NCBI RefSeq assembly: GCF_001447785.1
Contig: NW_015175988.1
Span: 657,286 to 721,285 of the forward strand
Direction of reading: 5' to 3'
DNA: 64,000 nucleotides
Source of the DNA: Gekko japonicus
Taxonomy: Eukaryota
The notes under the pieces were generated by a model. That model made no database searches, was not told the origin of the DNA, and saw nothing but the letters and a program-made list of their open reading frames with translations. Below, piece by piece: positions 53,701 to 62,528 of the stretch. The position numbers were made by a program, and so were the translations under genes. Positions within the stretch are counted from its first letter, which is position 1, and each line of letters begins with the position of its first letter.

Positions 53701-54829
53701 GATAATTTGGAGGCAATTTGGTGGTAAAATACATCTGTCCTACTTTCATCTTTGGTAAATGTATTTTCTGGGGATTTTTAGTATTGGTTCAAAACCCTGC
53801 TCGAATATAAGCATTACTAGGACTTACGACATTATGCGATTCATTAATTCATGTGCTTTAAGATTTTCTTCTGTTCCTGCAGAGGTCAAGAGAGTGCTGG
53901 GATTGTGACAAGTGATGGAGAATCAGCCCAATCCTTCAAAGTGCACAAGGTAAAATGGAAAGGTTGTTTATTATTTATGTTCTTAAAAGAAGTAGTAATA
54001 AAGAATCTGACCTCTTCTTACCATCTTAAAAAGATTATTCATAAAACTGAGGAGCATATACCACACATAAATGAGGGATATTTATTTATCTATTTATCGT
54101 ATGGCAAATGAGGGATAAACTTGATGGTGAGAACTTCTATTGTAAGCTTTAAGGAATTGTGTATAGAAGAATAAATAGGTGCAGGCAGTAGACAGAGAGA
54201 AACTGGAAGACAGGCATTAGCGCTTATATGGGCCCAAAATCTGAAGAAAGTTATTTTATAATCTGCTTTCTCTTTCTTAGTCATTTGTCTTTGATATGAG
54301 CATCCTCCTAACCAGTTATCCTACAATATATTTTAATGATGTATGTTTAGGAGGAGTGTTGATTTTAATAGTTTTATAATGTCATTATATGTTGTATGTT
54401 TTGAAGGGCAGAAAGACGGGGGTATAAACTCTGTAAATAAATGCATAAATATCTGTCCCGATGGCGGGACTGCACCCCCACCCCCACCGACTGCACCCCC
54501 AACCCCACCGAAACCAGCCACCCCGGCGCAACGCCGGGGAGAAGGAGCCCGCACCCACCGACGCTTACCGGGGCCGCCCATCGAGCGGGGAGGAGTGGGG
54601 ACGGCGGGGGTCGGTCCTCCGGCGGCCGAGAGAGGAGCGGGCGGGGCAGAGGCACGGCGGGGAGGGGAACCCGACACAGCAGGGGAAACGGGCGGCCGCG
54701 CTGGAAACGACAGCGGACGGCCTCGTACAGGCTCCGGGCTGGGAGACTCTGGAGCGGATGCCGCGGCAAGAGAGGCCGCGCCGGGCCAGAGGCCCGGCTC
54801 GAGGGCACGCCCACGCAGCCGGGCTCCAT
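17686..54829 (-). CDS. Antisense gene interleaved with PPAT: triple Myb/SANT-like (trihelix, MSANTD-type) DNA-binding protein, predicted 14 exons, ~788 aa
   Basis: Three domain exons plus short exons with good splice signals that join without stops: 54829-54569, 49069-48640, 45836-45756, 44003-43569, 41728-41639, 39815-39711, 37287-37207, 28624-28553, 24728-24661, 23096-23021, 22624-22265, 21408-21343, 19054-18867, 17739-17686 (2367 nt in total). Confidence 0.75.
18867..19054 (-). CDS. Trihelix gene penultimate exon (188 nt)
   Basis: ccttttccttacag| (E)[62 protein letters not shown] |gttagt; 62 codons open, phase 1-0. Confidence 0.68.
21343..21408 (-). CDS. Trihelix gene exon (66 nt)
   Basis: tgtcttttaaaag| (D)[21 protein letters not shown] |gtaaga; includes the basic patch KRK. 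Confidence 0.65.
22265..22624 (-). CDS. Trihelix gene exon with Myb/SANT-like domain 3
   Basis: tctacttgcag| [57 protein letters not shown]...[17 protein letters not shown]...[14 protein letters not shown] |gtatgt; 360 nt, phase 1-1. Confidence 0.9.
23021..23096 (-). CDS. Trihelix gene linker exon (76 nt)
   Basis: ccatccatag| [25 protein letters not shown] |gtgagt; phase 0-1 restores the frame into the domain-3 exon. Confidence 0.5.
24323..24642. mobile_element. hAT-type non-autonomous DNA transposon
   Basis: TIR CAGTGGTGGCGAACCT/AGGTTCGCCATCACTG; TSD CATTAGGC/CGTTAGGC. Confidence 0.85.
24661..24728 (-). CDS. Trihelix gene linker exon (68 nt)
   Basis: ttttgcttacag| (G)[22 protein letters not shown] |gtgagt; phase 1-0, paired with the next exon. 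Confidence 0.55.
25270..26610 (-). mobile_element. Decayed L2-type LINE reverse-transcriptase fragment
   Basis: PILF...[12 protein letters not shown]...[13 protein letters not shown]...[15 protein letters not shown] (RT YADD motif) and FSVAAPT...LP...[15 protein letters not shown]-terminus; frameshifted. Confidence 0.85.
28553..28624 (-). CDS. Trihelix gene linker exon (72 nt, GC donor)
   Basis: ctctctcttcttttacag| (D)[26 protein letters not shown]|gcaagt; phase 1-1. Confidence 0.65.
29521..29940. mobile_element. hAT-type non-autonomous element family B
   Basis: TIR CAGGGGTCATTTC/GAAATGACCCCTG; TSD GTTTCTAC/GTTTCTAT; ctcattagcat subterminal repeats. Confidence 0.85.
30358..30690. mobile_element. 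hAT-like element inserted in a 5S-derived SINE
   Basis: CATGGCC...GGCCCTG ends; TSD GCGAGGGG/GTGAGGGG; internal direct repeat agtgcctagggcccac. Confidence 0.7.
35860..36115 (+). mobile_element. L2-type LINE 3' fragment (similar remnant at ~31100-31470)
   Basis: cctgggtacttaaatgaccgtctc...ttttcagctgtggcatctcacctgtgaaac, resembling the L2 C-terminus. Confidence 0.6.
36282..36721. mobile_element. Non-autonomous DNA transposon (CAGGGC-TIR family related to B)
   Basis: CAGGGCTATTTT...AAAAAGCCCTG ends; shares gtggcctaatatgc/aatgagttcctg motifs with copies at 15620-15800 and 57177-57571. Confidence 0.75.
36951..37156 (-). mobile_element. hAT-type MITE family A, copy 4
   Basis: Reverse orientation; TSD GTCTCTTT. 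Confidence 0.9.
37207..37287 (-). CDS. Trihelix gene linker exon (81 nt)
   Basis: tttacacag| (E)[26 protein letters not shown] |gtgagg; phase 1-1. Confidence 0.7.
39711..39815 (-). CDS. Trihelix gene linker exon (105 nt)
   Basis: ctctttgcacttctag| (A)[34 protein letters not shown] |gtgagt; phase 1-1. Confidence 0.72.
40195..40906 (-). mobile_element. Solo LTR of a related subfamily
   Basis: Shares ctgctgccaccaggaatt..aaattccaaa, gtggccctgagga.ggactg and the aaacatttaaaga...atcattaca end with the 58734 LTR. Confidence 0.7.
41639..41728 (-). CDS. Trihelix gene linker exon (90 nt)
   Basis: ttttacccag| (E)[29 protein letters not shown] |gtaaac; phase 1-1. Confidence 0.7.
42968..43170 (+). mobile_element. 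Older tRNA-derived SINE (related copies ~955-1140, 9995-10227, 12375-12620, 17262-17440, 31735-31945, 45475-45670)
   Basis: gggtgaccttgggtcagtcac...cctacctcacaggg...gataaaatggagg core with an (AAAT)n tail. Confidence 0.75.
43569..44003 (-). CDS. Trihelix gene exon with Myb/SANT-like domain 2
   Basis: gatgcag| (G)[57 protein letters not shown]...[17 protein letters not shown]...FFRELDAIL...NCR |gtaagg; 435 nt, phase 1-1. Confidence 0.9.
44533..44621. repeat. Short hairpin element family (gcaatcct...aggattgc; many copies, e.g. 12760-12930, 19545-19625, 37695-37780, 49503-49590)
   Basis: cagtgcaatcctaagcagag...ctctgtttaggattgcactg, ~90-bp imperfect palindromes. Confidence 0.7.
45123..45420. 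mobile_element. hAT-like non-autonomous element (diverged)
   Basis: Starts CAGTGGTCC; TSD CTCTGTAG/CTCTATAG. Confidence 0.6.
45756..45836 (-). CDS. Trihelix gene linker exon (81 nt)
   Basis: ttttttccttccag| (G)[26 protein letters not shown] |gtaatg; phase 1-1. Confidence 0.7.
   Translation of the reverse strand: MKPYLKMRKTLLQIHYFLFLIAGPSS
48640..49069 (-). CDS. Trihelix gene exon with Myb/SANT-like domain 1
   Basis: Branch-point-like tactgac then tttcctag|GAA; ...[48 protein letters not shown]...[17 protein letters not shown]...FFHELDAIL...NNE G|gtaaaa. Confidence 0.9.
49970..50252 (-). mobile_element. tRNA-derived SINE (Squam3-like) inserted in a tRNA-Ala-derived SINE
   Basis: Reverse complement of the 2898 element; the host SINE head (49892-49965) and tail (50253-50385) flank it. 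Confidence 0.8.
51805..52234. mobile_element. hAT-type non-autonomous element family B (GC-rich core)
   Basis: TIR CAGGGGTCATTTCG/CGAAATGACCTCTG; perfect TSD ATTAGAGC. Confidence 0.88.
52694..52899 (+). mobile_element. hAT-type MITE family A, copy 5
   Basis: TSD CTCACATA/CTTACATA. Confidence 0.88.
52932..53113. mobile_element. TAGGGTTGCC-TIR MITE (related copies ~19117-19437 and ~56397-56642)
   Basis: TAGGGTTGCCAG...CTGGCAACCCTAG terminal inverted repeats. Confidence 0.75.
53883..53949 (+). CDS. PPAT: PPAT exon 2
   Basis: ttcctgcag|A GGT CAA GAG... = (R)[22 protein letters not shown]|gtaaaa. Confidence 0.96.
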
Positions 54830-55230
54830 GGACAGGAGCCCGGCGGGCCGGAAGGGAGGCCACACCCCGGGTAGGGCGTCCCAGGCTTTATGAGGGGGCG
54901 GAGCCAGAACGAGAGGGGAGGCAGGACAGGACTGATGCACACTGGGAGGAGGAAGGGGAAATAAAAAGGAGGGAACGGAGGAGGCCGGGGATGACTCCTG
55001 GATGTGAGAAAGCACAGAGAGAGACACGGGGAGAACATCCAGCAGGGAGTGGTAAAGGAAAGGTGACGTAACCGCCTTTACACTCCAGGTGTCTGAGGCC
55101 ATTACCCTCCGGGGGGGAGGAGCCAGGAGAAGGCGGGTGAAACAAAGTGGCTGAACCCGGGCCTTTGGGGAGCTCGAGCGAAGAGGAGAGTGACGGGTCC
55201 TCCTCGGGCTCCTGTGACAATATCATATCC
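54460..55230 (-). promoter_or_regulatory. Intronic CpG island, probable promoter of the antisense trihelix gene
   Basis: CpG-dense with no repeat I recognise; GC box 54895-54903, CATAAA on the minus strand at 54887-54892, ETS-like CCGGAAG ~54848, CRE-like TGACGTAA 55064-55071; followed by a minus-strand ATG and a strong donor. Confidence 0.65.
54569..54829 (-). CDS. Trihelix gene putative exon 1 (Pro/Arg-rich N-terminus)
   Basis: tccATGG start; 87 codons [11 protein letters not shown]...[25 protein letters not shown]...RWAAP ending at CCG|gtaagc in phase 0, matching the phase-0 acceptor at 49069; lies in a CpG island. Confidence 0.55.
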
Positions 55231-56150
55231 CACTTCTGCCTCTTATCCAAAACCATCCCCAAATTCCCTTGTTTTCTAATGCATTATTTGCAGTTCCTCA
55301 GGAGTTTTCGAATTGCAATAGTTTGAAAACAAATAATTTGAAAATAAAACAATATCCTTTTTCCTTCACTCACAAGAAAGGTGCAGTAATACCATGGTAA
55401 AAAGGAGCACTCAGAATCTATCATATTAAACAACAGGTCAACTATAGCTGACTTGTATCAGGAAGAGGTTAACAAGCTCCGGACTTAAAGTACTTAAATT
55501 GTGATTCATACATATTTTGACCCTGCATTTCACTAGTCCAGTCACCAATCTGCCTTTATTATCTAAGGAGAAGGCAGTGTGCTTTAGCCTTGCAATAACT
55601 ATGTGAGGTAACTTAGCTTAAGGGCCCAATGAGATATGATAGTTCCATATAACTATTCAATTCATGTACAAAGAAGGAGCATGCAAGTGAGAAGCATAGG
55701 AGCCCACTGCCATCACCCCCGTGTCCATATCATATACCCTGTTCAGTTCTCCTCAGCTGCACTTTAAAACGAGATGCACTTTTTCCTCACTGAGGGGAGG
55801 TGGGGTTTTAAACAGCTTTAGTGCTCCTTCCCCATACTCCCCTTTTTGCAGTTAAAGTTGGACCACCAAAGGCTGAAACAGCTCTGTGGTTCAAAACGTG
55901 GAACAACTATTGTCACATACAGTTTTGGCCCAAGGTTTGCCACAGAATATTGTTATTATTAAATCATAGACCAGAAAGCCCTTGGCCTGTTGAGGAAGAC
56001 ACGTTTTTTTAAAGATTGTAGGCTCACTTTACTGATCAGACAGAAAAAGCTGAAGTGACAGGAATTTTTGTGAGTGTGTTTGTCTTCATGTATATTGACA
56101 AGTTTTAGTTTGCCTGGGGTCGCCTACTCAATTCCCTTTCTGTTTTACAG

Positions 56151-56357
56151 GGAATGGGTCTGGTTAATCATGTGTTCAGTGAAGACAGTCTGAAAAAGTT
56201 GTATGTTTCAAATCTTGGAATTGGCCACACAAGATACTCCACCTCGGGTGTCTCTGTACTAGATAACTGCCAACCATTTGTTGTGGAAACACTGCACGGG
56301 AAGATTGCTGTGGCCCACAATGGAGAGTTGACAAATGCAGCACGACTGAGAAGAAAG
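56151..56357 (+). CDS. PPAT: PPAT exon 3
   Basis: GMGLVNHVF...[11 protein letters not shown]...NCQPF...[15 protein letters not shown]; canonical AG/GT. Confidence 0.97.
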
Positions 56358-57176
56358 GTAGGAATTAGCCTAGTATTTTTAAACTGTGCTTCCTCTTAGG
56401 GTTGCCAGGTCCCCCCTGGCCACTGGTGGGGATGGGGGGGTAGGATTGCCAACTCCAGGTTGGGAAAGGCCTTGAGATTTGGGGACTGAGTCCGCGGAGG
56501 ACAGGGACCTCAGTGGGGTACACTGCCATAGAGTCTACCCTCCAAAGCATCCATTTTCTCCAGGGGGACTGATCTCTGTAGTCTGGTGATGAGCTGTAAT
56601 TCCAGGGGATCCCCAGGTCCTACGTGGAGGCTGGCATCCCTCATGCTCAGAAAGTAACTACACATGGCCAGAACCATGTTTTGTTTGCGGTAAGAAAATG
56701 CATATTTGTTAGGAACCATTAATACTTCCAAGTTTCCCGACAATCTGTTACTTAACGTTGGGGGTGGGATTCAGCCCACTTGTCACACTGCGTTCTATTA
56801 CTGTTGGTGCTCTTTCTCCTGGGGGTTTTCTGTGCAAAATTTGGTACCTCCTAAAAGAGAGAGAAGCTTCTGTATTAAACACTATACATAAAAATAAACC
56901 AAACTTCTCTATTATCTTGCTGTCAGCCATGTTCCCTTCCATATCTAGTTCCAATGTTCTTTTCACTCTTCTCATAAGAATGGACTCGGACCTATTGCTT
57001 CGTAAAGTAGGGAGAAAGTCAAGAACTTTTACCTGCATTGGTCACATATGCATCGCTCTATGGTGGGAAGATTTATGAGTTCCCCATTTTTCTGAAACAT
57101 ACAGAAAATTACAAAGTTAGTAAGAAAACAGGCTTTTTTTGATACTTTGGAACATGAGAAAGTACCTTATGGCTTC

Positions 57177-57571
57177 CAGGGCTCTTTGTAGAAAAAGCCC
57201 AGCAGGAACTCATTACCATAATAGGTCACACCCAACAGCAGGAACTCATTAGCATATTGGGTCACACCCCTGACAGCACAGCTCATTAGCACATTAGGCC
57301 ACACCCCCATGTTACCAGAAGTGTGGTTATCCAGCCACACCCACCTTTTGCTTGTTATTCTGTTTACCTTGTTTGTTGTCAAAATCCAGGGCCTGTTTTT
57401 GTAGCAGGAACTCCTTTGCATGTTAGGCCACACGCCCCTAATGTAGCCAATCCTAATGAGTTACTGCTGTTGGGTGTGGCCTATTATGCTAATGAGTTCC
57501 TGCTGGGCGTGGCCAACTTGGGAGCCAGCCGGAACTCCGTTCCTGTGCGTTCCTGCTCAAAAATAGCCGTG
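57177..57571. mobile_element. Two adjacent copies or fragments of the CAGGGC-TIR family
   Basis: Same motifs as 36282-36721 and 15620-15800. Confidence 0.7.
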
Positions 57572-57779
57572 TATACCATAAACTTATATTGCTTTTATAC
57601 ACTAATTATTATGACTTTCCCCCAAAGAATCTTGGGGATTGCAGTTTGATAAGGGTGTTGAGAATTCTGTTTAAAATTCCTGTCTCCCCCTCCAGTCATT
57701 CTTTCCCCAGAACTACAATTTTCAGTATTTCCTAGGAAGAAGGAACGATGGCTAGCCATCTGAACTATTGATGTTCTTA

Positions 57780-58127
57780 GCTCCGGTGGCTCAAGTGGTT
57801 AAGACACTGAACTGCAGGCTGTGGAAGGTCAGTAGTTCAGCAGTTCGAGACCCGGGTGCCGCATGATGGAGTGAGCTCCCATCTCTAGTTCCAGCTCCTG
57901 CCAACCTAGCAGTTCGAAAGCAAGAAATTGCAAGTAGATAAATAGGGACCACTTTGGTGGGAAGGTAACAGCGTTCCGTGCGCCTCGGTGTTTAGTCATG
58001 CCGGCCACATGACCACGGAAACGTCTTCGGACAGCGCTGGCTCTTCGGCTTTGAAACGGAGATGAGCACCGCAACCCTAGAGTCGGATTCGACTGGCTTT
58101 CGAGCAAGGGAACCTTTACCTTTACCT
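57780..58127 (+). mobile_element. Sauria SINE (near full length)
   Basis: Diagnostic ctcctgccaacctagcagttcgaaagc...gcaagtagataaatagg...agtcatgccggccacatgacc core and (ACCTTT)n tail. Confidence 0.88.
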
Positions 58128-58263
58128 ATTCTTCAAATAGTTGACAGATGTATGCATCTAACTGCTTCATGCTCACTTTATCTTCAGGAAATTTAAGTCT
58201 GTTGAAACTGTGTTAAATAGTTGTATATATATGATGGTGGCTTTTTTGTCCTTTATTTAATAG

Positions 58264-58376
58264 CTAATGCGCCATGGAGTAGGATTATCCACCAGTTCTG
58301 ACAGTGAACTGATCACTCAGCTGCTGGCATTCACTCCCCCAATGGAGCATGACGATATCCCAGACTGGGTAGCAAG
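58264..58376 (+). CDS. PPAT: PPAT exon 4
   Basis: [37 protein letters not shown](R); tag| and |gtaa. Confidence 0.96.
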
Positions 58377-58506
58377 GTAAAGAATCCAGTTTGAAGAGAA
58401 AGAACGGGAACTGGCAACAGCTGTACGATTGCAAAAAACTGATAACAGTAGTCTGAATTCTTAGCATCAATAAAGACAATATGTTGAATTAATTCTCATG
58501 TTTCAG

Positions 58507-58652
58507 GATCAAAAACTTGATGAATGAAACACCTACTTCATATTCCCTTCTGGTGATGCATAAAGATATTATTTATGCAGTGCGAGATCCCTATGGGAAC
58601 CGTCCACTCTGCATTGGCCGCCTTGTTCCAGTAGGTGATATTAATGGAAAAG
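58507..58652 (+). CDS. PPAT: PPAT exon 5
   Basis: [48 protein letters not shown]; tttcag| and |gtgag. Confidence 0.96.
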
Positions 58653-58733
58653 GTGAGATTTACTTAGCCTATCAGTATGTTTATATTTGGACCATGCTTA
58701 AGCAGGCTGAATTTGTGTTCATTTAACTACCAC

Positions 58734-59767
58734 TGTGACATCCTCCTTAATGGGGAGACTATTTATCCTTTAAAACACACTCTGTTCACATAAACTTTTA
58801 GTAGATTACTGCTGCCACCAGGAATTAAAAATTCCAAATCATTCTATTATGGTAGAATGACCCTGTGTCTGGGCAGTTCAGAGGACTATGTGGCCCTGAG
58901 GAAGGACTGTTCTGACTGCTGGGATAAGTTTAAACAAATAATGTTTTATTTATAAAAGAACAAAATAGGTTTCTGGGTATTCTTGAACTGTTGCTGAAGA
59001 AAGGTAGTTATAAATATTACTGATAAAGCTTGACGTCGCACACTGTCTCTCAAAACACCAAAACTCAACTCTGACAGCCTTAGTCGCACAGGCTAAACTC
59101 TGCCTCTCTTAGGCTCTGGGGACCCGGGCCGGATATCACAGGGGGGAGGTGTGGCTAATTGCCCCAGCGCAGTTTGATTCACAATTACGCGATCAGACGT
59201 GCCGGCGGCACAGCACGGGTCCTTCCCTTGTCGCCAGCGGGTAAACGAGGGACTGGAGGGGAATGCCGTGCACTGGTGCAATCACACCATGGGCGTCTGG
59301 AGGCAGCCCATGGCAAACGTTTACTAGTACCTTGGAGGTACTAGTTTTTAAATGCGCATTGTCGGCGGTAAGCCACGGGTGCGTTCCAGTTCCCAGATAT
59401 TGGGGTGTGATCGCACCTGGATAATCCGCCCACCTTCCGTGCCTCTCCCGTGGCAACTTTGCCATGTGACCGGGGCCTTAGTCACACAAGCTAAACTGTC
59501 TGTCTTAGCCACACACGCTAAACAGTTTGTCTTAGCCACACAGGATAAACTGCTTCTTCTGCCTTACAGGCTAAAAACAACCACCCTCCACACTCGTCTC
59601 ACCCTCCCAAAAAAAACACACAATCACCTCAGAGACACCCCTCCTCCCATATGCTCAGTCATGAGCCAATGACATCACACTCATCTCCCTCCATCAGTCT
59701 CCTTACATTACTGCAGTCAAACTAAACATTTAAAGAAACACATACACCAAAACATGAAATCATTACA
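58734..59767 (-). mobile_element. Solo LTR (1034 bp)
   Basis: TG...CA termini with a perfect 5-bp TSD ACCAC; minus-strand AATAAA at ~58945; homologous to 40195-40906. Confidence 0.82.
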
Positions 59768-60559
59768 ACCACTTTTTTTTTTAAAAAAACACCTTGGTTA
59801 ATTTACAAAGTCAAATATTTCTGCATACTTGGAAATTAGAGTAAAAATGCTGCTTTTTGTGAATTGCTTGGTTTTGCTTCACTACTAGATACAGTAACAA
59901 TTTAAAAGTTATAAAAATGGGGGAAATACAAAGGATAATTAAGAGAACATCTCTTATACAGCTGGCCCATTTCTTCTGTGAAAGCAATGCATGCTAGGAC
60001 AATTTATTAAGACGGTCTTGAAATAATTTTTTATATGACAAGTAATAATTTTCAAGAATTTGCCCATATTATTTGGGATGTTAGAAGTGTTTTCTTAACA
60101 CAAGGAAACCCTGTAATGTGACAAGAATATGCATCCAGAGTATTTTCAGAAATATTTTAAATACTCTTAAACAGAGTAAACAGAGAAGGGTTGCTTGGGT
60201 AAAGGATATGATCCTGAGAATTTCATCCAGATGAAAACAAATAATCTACTGATAGAAATGTGTTTCTCCGTTTCATATTCACCTCAAAACATATGAAAGC
60301 AAAGGGTTTCTTTGTTACCTGTTTTCACTCATTTGTAAATGAATAAGTTTATTTAGTTTCAAGATAACATTGTAGGCTTATTTATACTCAGTGTTTTTAC
60401 AAGCTATGTAATTACCAGGGAGCTAAACCTCTCGGACTTTGTATTGAAAAATGATCAACTCTGTTATATAATTTGAAAAAGGTAATGGGCCTTTGCAACA
60501 AATTTTAATGATACAAGATTGTGAAAGCACTCTAACTACAGTTTTGCACTCTGTTACAG

Positions 60560-60632
60560 GGAAAAATATCTGTGAAACAGAAGGATGGGTAGTTTCCTCA
60601 GAATCCTGTAGCTTTTTATCTATTGGTGCAGA
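60560..60632 (+). CDS. PPAT: PPAT exon 6
   Basis: (G)[23 protein letters not shown](E); ttacag| and |gtaagt. Confidence 0.95.
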
Positions 60633-62376
60633 GTAAGTGTGTTTATTATAAGTTCTTTACACATAAACTGATATTCAATCACTGGGTAGTTTTTGCCATT
60701 TTGTAATACAGCAAGATAGCAATAGTTTGAAAATCTGAATCCTGTTAGTCACTAGCAAAACTTCCAGTGATGTTAAGGAAGCTAAATTGCATGACAAGTC
60801 TTTATTTAGAGGAGTAGACAGGTGATGGTTCATCTGTGAAAACCAACTACTTATTAACAGCACAGAGCCAACTAGGCTCCCTGGGTCTATCAGTGAGGTT
60901 TGGAAACAGCACATTCATTCCATTAACTAATTTGTGTCTATACAACTGTTGAGTCTGTCTCTTATTATATGCAGTGTTTTGAGAACAGAGACAGTGTAGC
61001 TGTATAGAATTGCACAGGAATACTCTGAAATAAGAATAAGGAATTCAGGAATAGGCACAATACTTTGTTAAGCTAAGAACTTCTGGAATAATTGACTTGA
61101 ATTCCACAATTTTATGAATAAGCAAATGGGAGAAATTGCTAAAGTTTTCATAGACATACTACACATTGTGGAGATGTGGAACTACCACAAACAATGTACC
61201 TCCTATATCAAGTTCTTCCTTAATCCACCATAAACTTATAATGTGACAAGACATCAACATAGTGTGTATTTTTGCCTCCAATAGTCAATAATATGGGGAG
61301 GGTGTGGTTAGGGGAAAAATGCATGATGTGATGACATCATATCACATAGTTTAGTGCCACCACACGTTACAGTGACTAGGAGAAAACATTACAACTGATT
61401 TAAAATTTAAGGAGCCTTTAGATACTTGGATTTTCACCATTAATAGAGCATCTGGTCATTATGGTATTAAATTGGAAGGTGGTAGACTAATGTAATGCCA
61501 GTACACAAGATGTGCCTAATAGCAACTGAATAACTAATAATGAGACACCGTCAGGTTTGACACAAGAATTTTGAGTGGCAGGTATTAGCAGATCCACTTA
61601 AATTAAAGCATAAATTTGAATTAATAACATGCTTCTATTTTTAAGGCATTTAAACATATGGTCTTGTAGTATGTATGTTTGTGCAGCTTACTGGCAGCTT
61701 GTCTGCACTTAGTTTTTAATATTTGCCTTCTGCTTGGGTAGCCATGAAACAAGCACTTAAACTCTAGCAATATTTCTGCTATGTCAGGTGAAGCATTAAT
61801 CTGACCTTCTGTGATATTTCAATATCTCTCCAAGTTACCATGGAAGCTAATTTTAACGGTGTGCAATGAAAGGGGGAGAAAAATTAAAATCCGGTGTCAG
61901 GAAAAGGCGAATTTGCTGCTCTGTGCCGGTTTTTCCAAAACTGATGGTTTTTGTGATTTCTTGCATTTTGCACTGTTTTATTATGGCTGTCACAAGGAGG
62001 CCAAGCTGCAGTGGGCATTAAAGTCCCGTTCCCAATCCCATTCCACCATTGCCCACATTTTCAAACATCTCTTCATAGCCATAAAAGCTTTAGAAATTTG
62101 CATTTAAAAGAGAGAGAAGGAGAGAGGAGCTGAGCTTTACTTTCTCTCCTGTATCATATTTTTAGCTTGCCATTCCTCTGATGAACTCAGGCCTGCATTC
62201 CTGGTTCTCCCCCCCCCCCTTCCTATTACCAGCAATGATAACACTGCAGGGGAATGTGGATCCTACTGCATATTTCCAGTCCAAAGGCTCAGCATTGTTT
62301 AATTAATTTTCAGATTGCAACATGTATAAAAATAGGGTTTATGGGGATTTCTAACACATGCAAACTTATTTTTAAG

Positions 62377-62528
62377 GTATTATCGTGAAGTCATGCCTGG
62401 AGAAATTGTGAAGATATCCAGACATGATGTCCAAACCTTGGATGTTGTACCAAGACCTGAAGGAGATGCATCAGCATTCTGTATTTTTGAATATGTATAT
62501 TTTGCGAGACCCGACAGCATCTTTGAAG
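62377..62528 (+). CDS. PPAT: PPAT exon 7 (GC donor)
   Basis: [50 protein letters not shown](G); donor AAG|gcaagt. Confidence 0.95.

Noticed and set aside
54343-55071. 242-aa plus-strand ORF and other ORFs in the intronic CpG island
   Set aside because: Low-complexity G/P/R content expected from GC richness; only the minus-strand MEPG frame fits a splice phase.
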